Shown in pieces: positions 1 to 13,500 of a stretch of DNA of 64,000 bases. A model generated the notes under the pieces. The model did not search any database and was not told the origin of the DNA. It saw nothing but the letters and a program-made list of their open reading frames with translations. This DNA is from Camelus ferus (Eukaryota). The translations under genes were made by a program, and so were the position numbers. The number at the start of each line of letters is the position of its first letter. Position 1 is the first letter of the stretch. The stretch covers positions 61,444,001-61,508,000 of the forward strand of contig NC_045697.1 of assembly GCF_009834535.1 (NCBI RefSeq), written 5' to 3'.

Positions 1-3000
1 CTCATTAATAATTTGCATTTCTCTAATAACAAATTATATTGGGCACATTTTCATATACTTGTTGGCATCTGTCCACTTTTTTGGTGAGTTATCTGTTCAG
101 ATATTTTGCCCATTTTTATACTGAGTTATTTTCTTATTGTTGAATTGTAAGAGTTCTGTCTATATTTTGGATACAAGTTTTTTACCAAATACGTGCTTTA
201 CAAATATCTTATCCTATCTGTGGTGCATCTTTTCATTTTCTTAACACTCCCTTTTGCACAGCAGAAGTTTTTGATTTTAGTAAAATTCAACTTATCAATT
301 TTTCTCTTTCACGGATTATTCTTTTGAGCTGTATCTAAAAATTCAGTGCCAAACCTAAGTTCTTATCAACTTCCGCCTGTTTACTTCTACACATTCTATA
401 TGAAGTCCATGATCTATCTGCACTTGACTTTTGTGGAATGTGTAAAGTCTGTGTCAAAGTTTTCTTTTTTATCATAAAGACATCCAATTGTTCAACACAA
501 TTTTTTGGTAAGGCAATCAGTTCTACATTGTATTGCCTTTGTGCCTTTGTCAAAATTCAGTTGGCTATATTTGTGTGGGTCTAGTTCTCTGCTCCCTATT
601 CTATTCCATTGATCATCCATGTATCTATTCCTTAACTCGTATCATGATATATTTATTAACATAGCAGTACAGTAAGTCTTTGTGATGGTTAATATTACTA
701 TCAACTTGGTTAGGCTATAGTACCGAGATATTCAGTTAAATATTAATATACCCTGCACTCAATTTCCTTTATTTTTAATACATGAATTTTGAGCATGGAA
801 TCAGCCTTGCATACCTGGAATAAATCCCACTTGGACGTGATGTGTAATTTTCTTATGTATTATTGTATTTGATTCATTAATATTTTGTGAAGTTGTTTAT
901 GTCAATATTTATGAAATATATTGGTCTGTCGTTTTCTTTTCTTGTAACGTCTTTATCTAGTTTTAGTAATGTATACTGCTGGCCTCATGAAATAAATTAG
1001 GAAGTGTTTTCTCTGCTTCCATCTTCTGGAAGAAATTGTGAAGAATTCATATTATTTCTTCCTTAACCTTTTGGTAGAATTCACCAGTAAACCCAAAAGG
1101 GCCTGTTTTTTTTTTTTTTAATGTATATTTACTAATTATTGATCCAATTTCTTTAATAGTTATGTAACTATTCAGATTATCTATTTCTCTTATATGAGTT
1201 TTAGTAGTTTGTGTTTTTCAGCAATTTGTCCAGTTTATCTAAGTTATCAAATTTGTAGGCACAGTGTCATTTGAAGTATTTCTTTCCTCTCTTTTACTGT
1301 CCATGTGATCAGTAATGATGACTCCTCATTCTTTTCTGATATTGGCAATTTATGCCTTCTCTCTTTCTCTCTCTCATTCTTTTTGGCCTAGCCACAAGTT
1401 TGTCAATTTTGTTGGTCTTGAAGAACTCAAAATATTTTTAAATTTCTCTTGAGACTTCTCCTTTGATCCATGCGTTATTTGGCATGCATTTGTTGATTTC
1501 CAAATATTGGAAGTTGTCAAGCTATTTTTATTTTATTGACTTCTAGTCTATAATTCCATTGTGATCTGGGAACATATTTGAAATATTTCTATACATTTAA
1601 ATTTGTTAAGATGTGTTTTGTGGTCTGGGATGTAGTTTGTCCTGGTAAGTGTTCCATGCAAACTTGAGAAAAATGTGTTATGCTGTTGTGGATGGAGAAT
1701 TCTCTAAATGTCTATTAGATCAACATATTTTATAGATGTCATTTGAGTTTATATATATCCTTACTGATTTTCTTGATTTATCTATCAATTGCTGACAGAG
1801 GGGTATTGATATTTTCAACTTTAATAGTGGAGTTGCCTCATGTATTTTTATGCTTTGTTTTTAGGATTGTGATGACTTTTTGGAGAACTGATCCCTTTAT
1901 AATTATATACTGTCCCTCTTTATCCCTGAAATCTTTCCTTGTTCTGTAGTCTGCTTTGTTTAAAATATAGCTACACTAGCTTTTTTTTTTTTTTTATTAG
2001 AGTTAGGATGCAATATTTTCTCCATCCCTTTACTTTTAAAGTAGGATTCATATAGATAGCATATAGTAGGGTCTTATTTTTTTATACATCTGACAACCTC
2101 TAACCTCTGCCTGGTGTAGTTAGCTCATTCACACTTAAAAGTGAATATTAACATAGTTGAATTAATATCCACCATGTTTATAACTCTTTTCTATTTGTTG
2201 TATTTTTCTTTGTTTATTTTTTCTGTATTTCTGTTCTTTTTCAGTATTAATTAAGTACTTTAAAAAATCTTTTCTTATAGTGTATCAATTACATCTTTAA
2301 AAAATTTAGTGATTGCTCTGGAGTTTACACTTTAAATTGTAATCAATTTTGACATGTAGTACAGGTACTTTAAAACATGCATCCCCAATTCTTTCTTCAA
2401 ATACTTGTGTCACTGCTCTCCTTCATTTTATTTATTCATATGCTGTAAGCACTAAATATATTGTTACTATTGCTACTTTAAATACACATTTAGGTTTTCG
2501 CTCAATTAAGAATAAGAAAAATAAAGATTTTACTTTTATTTATTCCTTCTCTGATGCTTTTCCTTTATGCAGATCTGAGTTTCTGACCTATATTATTTCT
2601 TTCTGCCTGAAGAACTTATTTTATTATTTCTTCTTATGGCAGACTTGCTGGTGATGAATTTCCTATTTTTCTTTTTCTGATAAAGTCTTTATTCTTACTT
2701 CAAAAGGGTAATTTTACTGGATATAGAATTATATATTGGTGTTTTTATTCTGTCAACTCTTTCAGTATTTCACTCTGCTCTCTTCATTATCATCTGGCTT
2801 CTGAGAGGCCATTGTAATTTCTATCCTTGTTCACACTTGTTCCTCTAGGTAAGGTGTTTTTGTTGTCTCCTTTAGATTTTTTTCAAAATGTTCTCTTTGT
2901 CTGGTTTTCTGCCATTCAGATATGAGATGTCAAGTTTTTGTTTCTTTTTGTTTTGTCCTGTTTTAGTATTTATTCTTCTTGATATGCTTGATATTCTCTG

Positions 3001-4610
3001 AGCTTCTTTGATCTGTTCTTTGGTGTCTATCATTAATTTGGACATTTCACATCCATTATTAATTCAAATATTTCTTATCCTCCATTCTCTCTTTCTTCTC
3101 ATTTTAGTATTCCAATGGTGCGTATGTTACAACTTTGAAATCATCCCACAACTCTTGGGTGTTCTGTTCTGGTACTTTTTATTGTTATTATTCTCTTTTT
3201 TCCCTTTCCATATCAGCTGGTAAGATTCTATTGACCTATTTTTCAAGCTTACTGATTTTTTCTTCAAATGTGTGGAGTCTACTGATGATCCCATTGAAAG
3301 CATTCTTCATTTCTATTATAGTGTCTTTGATTTCTAGCATTTTCTTTTGATTCTGTCTTAGAGTTTTCCTCGTTGCTTACATTACCCATTTGTCCTTATA
3401 TATTGTCTACTTTTCCAATTAGACTCCTTAACATAATAATTATTCATTTTAATTCACTGTCGAATAATTCCAACATCTGTGTCATACCTGAGTTTAGTTC
3501 TGATTCTTGCTTTCTCTCTTCATATTTTGTTTTATCTTCTCTTTTGACATGCCTTGTAATAATCTGCTGAAAGCATTGTATGTTGTACTGGACAATAGGA
3601 ACTTAGACAAATAAGACTCAGTGTAAATATTTATGTTAATTTGTCTAGGAGTTGGGCTGTGTAATGTTTACTATATCTATAGATGCCCAAGGCTTCAGTT
3701 TCCTCTATTGTCCTTATCTTTGTTCTCTCTCTTGCCATTAGGCCTCTGTAAATATTCATGTTCAGAGAGAGAGCAAGCCTGTGTCTTACAGCTCTTTCAG
3801 CTGTAATCCCCTGCTGTCATACTGGGGCCATGTTAGTATCATTGGAAGGTGTGAAGAAGTAGAAACATTCCATAATTTCCTAATGAAATCTCAGTCTTTT
3901 AGCTGGCCTATATATCTGAGCTGTAACCTTAAGAATTGTTTCTCCAGTGGTATAACTTTTCCTCCCTACCCTTTCCTGCCTCTGTGTTCCCAGTCTGTTT
4001 CCTTATAGCTTGACCCCTCTTGACTCTGTTTCCTTACATACACTTTGATGAGACAAGAAGGTTGGATATGGCTGGATTGAGAGCAGTGTCTGTCCTCAGA
4101 CAGAATAAGGCTTTAGTGAAGTCTATTTCCCTAGAGAGTAAGACTTTGTTAACAGAGAATGCCCTAGTTGTATTTCATAATGATTATTCTTCTCTTATCT
4201 TTCCCAGAGCTACAAGGGGTTCTTTCTTGGAACCTTGGGAAAATTCCACCATGGGTACCTTGTAGAACTTCTGGAGGTAAAAATCAAAGTACTGTGAAGG
4301 ACACCTCCCAAGACTAAAGTTTCCAAGAATTTCTCACTCTCATGCTAGCCTATATTCAACTGCAGAAATTCATTAAAATTACCATTTAATTGTTCCTACT
4401 AGTTTATAGTTTCAGCACTTATACTCCAGGTAAGCAGATCTTGGCTATGGCTCTGGATGCTCCTCTCTCTCCAGACTTCAAGGAGATAATTTGCCCCTCA
4501 ATCTCAGTTCTCTGATGGATCCAAGAAGAAGTCACCGATTTTCAGTTTGTCTAGCTTTTTTAAGTGATGAATTCCAAGCTCCTTTTATGTCTGAGCTCAA
4601 ATGAGAAGTC
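1..4610 (-). mobile_element. Old, degenerate LINE-1 (L1M-type) fragments covering ORF2, ORF1 and 5' regions; short MLT2-like LTR end at about 681-750
   Basis: T-rich plus strand with typical antisense L1 text (ggaataaatcccacttgg, ggtagaattcaccagtaaaccc, ccattgtgatctgggaac); no long ORF; tgtgatggttaatatt at 681 resembles an MLT2 terminus. Confidence 0.85.
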
Positions 4611-5399
4611 TCAGCCAATTCTTAATTAGACTGGATCTTTCGAAGTATACCTGGTCAAGCTCAGGTGATAAGGGTTTCACTGTCATTAAATAACAATACT
4701 TTACATGAAAAGAAAAATTATATGACATAAACATTGTAGAGATGTTTTATATATTAGGTATGAAATTGAGCTAAATAATATTTAGACATTTTGCCAATTC
4801 TAAGATTCTATGAGTCTCTAAATTGAGGTAAGAAAGAGTAAATCAACCCAAATGAACAAATTCCCCAATAGATTGTTTATCAAATGAACATGCCTTAGAG
4901 CATGTTTTTTTTTTTTTTCACTTCAAATCCCTAAATTGAATTCAAGGTGTTTATGAAGCTTCTGAAGCTGTACAGAAAGCTGTGTATGCAAGAGCATCTG
5001 TGCCAGTTTATCCTGTTGAGTCTATAGCTTCCAACAGATTCTAAAAAAGAGTTATAACTTTTGTAAAATATTAAAAATTTAAGATTTTAAGATTATAGCC
5101 TGTGTCTAACTTTGTGCAATAAACTGAAGACATGAGTGGTACAGAGGTTGTATTGCTTCATATCAAATTCAGTTCAAGAATCAAGTATTAGGTATCATAT
5201 ATCAGTCATTAATGACTATATGCAACAGATCTCACCCTAGTGAGAGAGAAAATTGAGCAAGCATATGATTATACATTTTTGGTAGAAGATTCACCACATT
5301 TAAAAGTCCAGAGATGACAAAGGTCATGTGTTCATGGAACTACATAGAGTTCAAAGTGTTGAGATAATGTTAAGTGCTCATTCCGTGAATAAAAACATA

Positions 5400-5810
5400 T
5401 CTGGGTAGAAATATAGATAGATGTCAATTCCTGAAAGGCCTTATGTGCCATGCTAAGTATTTTAAACAGTCTGAAATCTATGGAGAGTCCCTGGAAAGTA
5501 TTTTTATCTAAGAAGAGACATTGTCTATTTCTATTATAGAAAATTTACTCTGGCACTTATTATGAGGAATATAAAGAGTGGCAAAGTAAAATGTTCAAGC
5601 AAACCTAGACTGAAGAAAAACAGTCAGATTTATGGTATTTTTAATGCAAGTAAAAAACGAGGGCTGAATTATGGATATGACAATAAGATGGAATAATGCA
5701 ATACGATGAAATAGTACGGATTTTGGAGGCATTAAGATGAGCACTGGATGTGGTGAGGAGGAGAGAGAAATCCAGCACGACTTTTCTCATTCCTAGCTTT
5801 GGCAAACAAT
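5400..5810 (-). mobile_element. L2 fragment
   Basis: Antisense L2-like text (gaaaggccttatgtgccatgctaag; agaaatttactctggca). Confidence 0.6.
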
Positions 5811-7619
5811 ATTCCTAAGTAGTAATTAGGCAGTAATCTCATGAATTAATTTTTCAAATAAAATAATTTTATACTTAATTTTTTAAAATGTCTAATAGAT
5901 TGTATTTGCAGCTGTATGTAGTGTCACATGAAATATTCGGTATATACGCATGTATACAACAGGGGTTTGGTTTTGTTTGTTTGATTTGGATTTACTAATG
6001 CAGATATTAATGGTGTCTCAGGAGCAGTTTTGCACGTTTCTGCTAGGCTGTTCTTTTAAACATGGTTTCAGGGTAAAACACTTGGAAAATAATAAATCTG
6101 TATCACAGTGTGGTGAAAAAAAAAGACCTGCTTTCCTATAGCTGCTGCTTCTCTAGATTATTTGAAGTGATGGTTGAATAATTGAATATGCTGCTCAGTG
6201 ACACTATGTTGTGAAATATTGATGATGTATTACTGTGAAACAATTTAGAGCACTGTTGTGAAAGGTGCTATTCAAATTGGAGTTAGAATTTGTTTTTAGG
6301 CAATACATGGCAAGGTTTACCAGCATCTGTGAACAGCTAATCTCAAGTTTAATTATACTTAAATTGGAAGCGTGTACCTGCTATCACTATTAGAAGCCAA
6401 AGTAAAAACAAAAAGAAAAAAAAGTCACTGTATGCCTAACGAAGTATCAAGCATAGAAGACTTCAGGATTGAATTTATCAGCTTGTAGCACATTTGCAAC
6501 AGAGGATTCCTCTAAGCAGTGAGGGTGACACCCAGACCACACGCTATTGGCTGAGGCACTGACAAGAGCAAAGTAAAATTTTTCTGAGCAAATGACTCAT
6601 CAGTGGCTGGTTGTTCTTTCATAACTGTTGTCAGGTTCATGCTGCAGTGTCTTCTGTATTATAAATAAGTATCTGGTTATCTATAGAAACATGTAGATCA
6701 CATTGAAGAGAATGCAGAAGGCATTTTACTACTTCTGACTGCTTTCTAACTTTGGACTTGCAGAATTAATAGTTCAGTAGCGAAGATAAGACACATTTCT
6801 CCCTTCCTGATCCTTGAAGATAAACTATTCTTAAAATGTCACAAAATGAGTCCATTTTCTGGAACTAAATTGTAAGAGGGCTCTGGAAAACACCTCTAGG
6901 GATCCAGTTGTAAAGAGAAGTCCCCAGGAGGGGAGGGGATGCTGCAGACAGTTAATGCTAAAGCAAACATAAAACTATGACAGACCGGCACTGTGGACGT
7001 GTTATACACGCCATAATAACCCCACCTCATCTCCTCATCCTAACACACCACACAAGCTGCCTATTTTCTCCCCTTCTAATTGTTCATATTAATCAGTCTT
7101 CACCTCTTTAAAGACATTAGATTGGAAGTGTTAAAATGAATGATTTGCTCTAGGCCAGCTCACCAGTAGACCACACAGCAAGGAGATTTCTAAAATCTAA
7201 TGAGTACAACTAATAAGGAATTAGGTGTAGCCCTGTAGATGTTGGTGTTGTCCATCCATTTTCTGCATCACCCATGTAGTACCCAGCACTCCACAACCTG
7301 GGGACTTCCTGCTTCCTTTGTCTTTCCATTTGGTGGCAGCCCTCCCCTCAAAACATGTCACAACACAAGCTCTCAGCAACCTTAGCTCTTTGTAAACAAG
7401 ACTTCTGCAAGCCACCTTCTCCAGCAGATGACAGGGGACTAGTCATCAAAGAATTGTACCTCCAGTAAGAAGCCTATCAACCATATCTGCAAAAATGCAG
7501 GAATGGAGTAATGCCCCAAGGATTGTGATGCATGTTTCTTCTTTCCCTCAAAAGTCCCTGACTCAAACCATGAGGAAACATCAGGTAATGTATATAAAAA
7601 ATTTGACCCTTTAGTCAAA

Positions 7620-8210
7620 TTCAATTTAATTCAGCAATTTTTTTTATTAGCACCTACTATTTGCCCTATGTTATTCTAACTAAACATATGTGAATAAGAC
7701 ATGCTCCCAGTTCTTAAAACCAACAGCAGATAGATATGAAAATGATCACTGCACAATCCTGTGGTATGTTTCAACACAAACGGAAACTCCAAAACCTTAG
7801 ACTGCTCAAATAAAGCAGAGTACTCTGTGCCTTGGGAAGACAGGGAAGATAATACAAATTGTGAAGATTATATTCATCAGAAAAAAAAAAGCCAAACAGA
7901 AATAAGGATACAAAAATGACATCCACAAAGGTCCTGGACAAGAAAGAAAAGCAGCATTTTTAGGTATCTTAAAGTGGAGCAATGTATCAGGTATCCTGCA
8001 CACCTGGCAAAGCCCACTAGAAGGAGACCTGCCTGGTTGGGTTGTGTCTAGACAATGATGAGTTTTATATGCCAGAGAAGGAAAGAAGAAGTATAGATTT
8101 TATTTTGAAGGTAGCTTTTAAGCAAGTAGTGGTAAAGTCAGAAAATTAACAGACGACATACAGGGAGACTGACTGGTTGGGGAAGATATTGAAGAAAGAG
8201 AAACCATAAT
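7620..8210 (-). mobile_element. L2 3' fragment
   Basis: Starts with a reverse-complemented L2 tail (ttcaatttaattcagcaat...tattagcacctactat), followed by purine-rich L2 body. Confidence 0.65.
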
Positions 8211-9079
8211 AATCTTTTCCAGTTAAAACAATGGGCCCTTCCATTTCCAAAGTAAAAGTAAACAACCAAAAAATTAAACGAGATTATAAAATTGATTAGT
8301 ATCTCATGATAATAAAATTTTAATATTAGGCATGAAATTCAATGTTTAAATTTGTAAATAGAATGAACCAAAGGAACTGAACTTCCTGCTCATATAAGGT
8401 GATCATTGAAGTATTTCCCCCATTACCTCAAAAAATGCAATTCTGATTTTAAAAGTATTGAAGGGCAATGTAGGGTTTTACTGAATTCTGTTAGGAAGAA
8501 GGGTGAGGAATTCAACTGCACAAACACAACAAAATTTCCTAAAAATCCTCGGCAGATGTCTTTCTTCTGAGAGATCTTCTTATCATAAGAGTTGTTTACA
8601 AATATATCTCTTCTCCATTTCTACCCTCCCACTCCACTTCCCACTATTTCACCCACCCATTCATGCAGCCTTTTCAATATTATCTCCTTCCACAAAGCAC
8701 TCTCTACTTTTTCTAATGGATAAGCAGGTTAACTCTCTTGTCAAGTTTCTTCCAGGTTTCCTATGATCTCGTTAACACTATTAGCAAAAACCTGGGGACT
8801 ATCAGCACAAGAATACTGTAACTTTAGAAGATAGAAGACAGGAAATGAGGACAACAATATGAATTCTGTGACTTTCACATTTTATCCTGTCACTAAAGGA
8901 CACAAAGCAGTAGAAGGAAGTGGAGTTTTGCATCCTCTGCTGCTAACTGGGTGGACAAGGAGAGTGTGGATGCGCGGGCACTCATTCATATTGCCCTGCG
9001 TGAATAGAGAGAGGTGGGGAGAACTGTAGTTAGTGGAAAGCACACTGGTCACGTTCTGTTCCTTTAAAAAAATTGTCTT

Positions 9080-9380
9080 TTTAATTATCTTGGCCTCAGT
9101 TTCTTCATTTATAACTTGAGGGGCACTGTGGAATATTTTTGAAGGGTTCCTCATGGCAAAGCTGCAATTTAACCTTTGACTCTGCTGTCAGAACACCTAA
9201 TTTTGAGCTCCTATTCCACCACTATTAGGTAGATGCGTGTCATTGAGCAGGTTCTATAATCACTCAGGGTGTATCTTCTCCACCAGAATATGCGGAATCA
9301 AGCATCCATCTCAAAAAGAAAACAAAATAAAGATGGAAAGTGCTATCTAAACAACTAGGCTATTACGCAAAGGATCAATT
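9080..9380 (+). mobile_element. MIR fragments
   Basis: MIR core motifs (ggcctcagtttcttcatttataa; tgtgtcattgagcaggtt). Confidence 0.55.
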
Positions 9381-11219
9381 CTCTGTGATGCCAAGTTACA
9401 AAAAAAATAGTAATAATCTTTTTACAAAATAGATTTTGAATCCATCTCCTTAGTTACATAGACTTCAATTTAAACTGTTCTTGACAGAAGAATAATCATT
9501 CTAATTTATGTTAAAGTCTTCCTGGGAAATATTTTTCTCTCTTGCAATAATATAATCTACTAATATTTAAATCTAGATCATCTTTTTCTGTGCCTACTTG
9601 TGATGGAAAACAACCAGTCATCATTCTATACATAATAACCTTTCATAGATGTGCTCAATATAAATTACTTTTTTATTATTATTATTACCAAGCTGCTGCT
9701 GTTATGGTCATGGTACTTAAAATAACAGTTATCTGCAATTCTCTTATCCCTCTATACAGAATCCATTTAATGCCTTGCCTCCCTTCACTGCTGATTACTT
9801 CAAAGGATGAAGAGCGCATAGGGAGGCTATGTTCCTTGTTAAGATTAAATAATTAATTGAGTAAATAAAATCAAGGCCAGGAAGAAAGGAACTAACTGCT
9901 TCTTATAAATGTTTACTTGGTTTGCCTTGATACTCATGGGTGATGGTTCTTTATCAAAACCTGGATACTATTTATGAGACAGTAAGATATTAAGTGGTAA
10001 AAGAAAAACAAACAAGCAAACAAAACACTGATCTCATTAGCCTTGGTAAGAGACAGACCATTTTTCAGCAACCTCTGCTGACTACAAACAAATACAATTT
10101 CAGGCATTTTCTGAACTCACCTCCAGATTTTGGTATCATTTGTACAATTTCATATGCCATGCCTTAGTTTATGGTACATTACTCATTTCCTTTCCCTGAT
10201 TATCTATACCCTTCTCTGTTTTCAAAAAACTTATCAGAGAATTCTCATATTCCGGTTTCCTGTGATATTCCTTCTAGTAATTTTCATCATGCTTAACAAT
10301 GTAGCACCTATATATAAAATACAGTTCATTGCCCTTTGTCAGACACATATGTGAATTTTATTTCTATAACCTTACCTAAAAATCCTTGATTCAGGAAAGC
10401 AGATATAACACTTGTTTTTGTATGTTCCCAAAGGCATAGGGAACCTAGCCCAGGACTGGCTATATAACCAATGCTCTATAAACGTATTTATTGGTTGCTT
10501 TCAGCCAGGATACTCTATTACTCAACTTCAAGGGATGCTATTCATTCAGTGTGAATACTATTAGCACTATGAAGAGTGTGGTCAATAAGATCAAATGTGA
10601 TATAATAAAATATTGATGGTGCCCCTGGAGTTGTTCAATGATGGCAATCATGTGTAGACTACAGTAAGCATTCTTTGAAACTATAGATAAATGATAAAGA
10701 AATAGTCACAGTTTTAAAAAGTGACAATTCAGCAATTTTTAAAAAAATGGCACTATTCAAGTTTTCCAGAAATTTAAGGTATCTGCATTTACTAAATGAG
10801 AGCCAACTCAAAATCCAGTTAATCTAGGACTACATCCCTAACACCTTCTCAGTAGCAGAATCAATGGACTGCTTCTCTGACCCCTTAACACTTTAATATA
10901 CTTCTCCTATGGTATTTTATCATCTCCCATTCTAAATTGTATTTGTCCACTTCATCAGATAGAACTAAAGTTTGTCATAATTGTAGCATATTCAAGCCCA
11001 TTGGGAACTGAGCTGCATGGCCTGGTAGGAAACAGGAGTAAAGTAGGTCTTGCCCAGTGAAGTTTGGGAAACTGACTTGAATCAATGACTAAACTCTAAC
11101 AGAGAAATTAGCAAAACACCAAGGCATGGCTAGAGCTACTCAGGCTTGGTTCCAACATGCAGCAATGTGCTAGAAATCACCATCATTTCAATTCAGTGCA
11201 GCAGCAGACAGAGGCACAG

Positions 11220-13500
11220 CAGGCAGTAGTCATAAGATATAATGTAGAGGAGGCATGTCTAACTAAAACAGGTAGCGAATGGAAAAGAGAATTAATTGAT
11301 AATTCCAGGAAGGGGTGGTACCTCTACAATTCTGAAAGAAGTAGGACAGGCTAAAAAAAGTGAGGATAAGCATTTTAGAGAGGCTGCAGCATAAAACAAA
11401 AGAGGAACAGCATGTATAGAAGGAGGTGAAAGTATTCTAGGAAGATGAAGAATAAATTTTGGGTTATGAACTACTGAGAAAAAAAAGCTACAGAGTAGGC
11501 AGAGGACAGATTATCATGGGCTATGCATGCCATGTTAAGAATCTCAAACATTATCCTGCAGAAATCAACAAAGCAGTTAGGGAAAGACTGACCATATGAC
11601 TGCTTTATCCAAGGGCTTCAGGAGAAAAATGTTCAGTTTTCTATAAGACATAGATTCAGTTGTCCAACAGGTAGAAAGATGTTGGAGACCAGAGATTGAG
11701 GACAGAGAAAAAAATGCAAGAGACACTTTGTCAGGGAATATACACTTTGGAATACCAGTTTGTAGGTGGTAGGCATAATTGTGAAACCAGATGAGATCAT
11801 TGGAAGATTGTGTAGCAGTGGCTCTCAAATTCTATTGCATTTTAAAATCACTTGGGGAGTTTTAAGATGCACATTCTAGGTATACATAATATCGCAACCT
11901 TGACCGTTCTGATTCAGTCTTTGATGTGGGTTCATAACATCTGTAGTGTTAAAAATACCTTTAGTTAATTCTGTTGTACAAAAGAGATGGAGAACCAATG
12001 TTTTAAGGGGTGAATAAAGAAGAATCTGCCAAGAAAAAAAGAAATGGTAGAGTTAGAGGGGTCAATGGAAAAATAAGAGACAGTGTTATTCCCAAAGATA
12101 CGGGAGTGGAGAGTTTTAAGATCTAGGTTCAGCTCTGGCTTACCCACTTACTAACAGTGTGACAGCAATTTACATAATGTCTCTGACTCCCAACCTTCTT
12201 GTCAGCAAAATGAGGGTAATAATAGTTAACTCTCTCATAGAGTCACTGGGGACTGAAAGAGATATGAATAGAAAATGCATAGTATAATCAAGTCATCAGA
12301 AAATGCCAATAAATGTTACTTCTTATTAATATGAATCTTATCATGGATATTATGATTAACAGTCCCCAATATTACAGCTGTCCTTTTGGCTTGGCAGTTA
12401 GTAAATTATTGGTGATTTGGACAAGAGCAATTCTGGTAGTGTTTTAAGAACAAAAATAAATTATAGTGGATGGGAGACTAAAGGAAAGGATAGAAATGAG
12501 TGTTAACCTTTTTTTTTCCCGAAGTTTGGTGATACAGGTAAAAGAGAAATTAGATGGTAACTAAAAAGGGATAGATGACATAAGCAGGGTTCTTTCAAGG
12601 AATGGAAAATACTTGACTATGTGTCTAGACAAAGAGGAGTCAAGAGTGATTAGACCAGAAAGATATATGAGGCAGATGAAATATTTTTTCTAGCCCAGGA
12701 GTTGCTGGATTTAAGAAGACAGAACTTTCAACTCTGCAGTATCTGAAACTAAGGAAGAAGGTAAAAATGAATGTGGCTATATTTGTGGAAAAGTAGAGAA
12801 AGACCGTACCTGAATCCATTTTTTAAAAAGTATTTTATTTTACTAATGTTCATACCTTTTTTATTTATCTCTTTTTTAAAATGCTCTTGTATGCTTTATA
12901 AAAATGCACATTATCCTAAATTTGTCTTTGCCCCTCAGTAGTAGGCTAAGTCTTTTTGGTTATGTGTGCTAGACCTAGCTGCATTTCTAAGGAATTCTAG
13001 CTGCATTAAATGCAAGACTGTCATATAGAGCATGACTGAAGAGTGTGGTGAAGATCAGCATCATGGCTAAGAAAAGCGGTAAAAAGCCTGGTCAGTCTAT
13101 GTACAATGACATATTGATCAGTGCTTGGGTCTAGCTAAAGCTGAATGACATGAATATTTAGTGGCAACTGCAGTCAAAATAGCGTGTTTTTTGTTTTTTG
13201 GGTTTTTTTGCAACAAAATTCAGGTACAGAAACAAAGAAGAGAATTAGAGGCTAAGGAATGAGATTTTTTTTGACTAGGTCAGAAGGAAAGCTAGGGGGA
13301 CAAGAGAGTTGAAGATGCTGGAAAGTTGAAGATGTTGGTGAGAGTGTAGCTCAAAAGATTAATCATTAAGTTTAGAAGAGACAAGAAAAGAAGAAAAAGC
13401 AGAAATCAGTTGATAAATTTGGTAGGAAACGGAGCATGCAACAAACTGAGACCAAGGAGAAGATGCAGGGACAGCAGTAAGTAGGACAGCTTTAGTGGAT
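11220..13500 (-). mobile_element. Degenerate L2 with nested MER5-like MITE (about 11815-12000) and MIR (about 12110-12325)
   Basis: Purine-rich antisense L2 body; cagtggctctcaaa...aatcacttggggag (MER5-like); ctaggttcagctctggcttaccc...aaaatgagggtaataatag (MIR). Confidence 0.6.
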
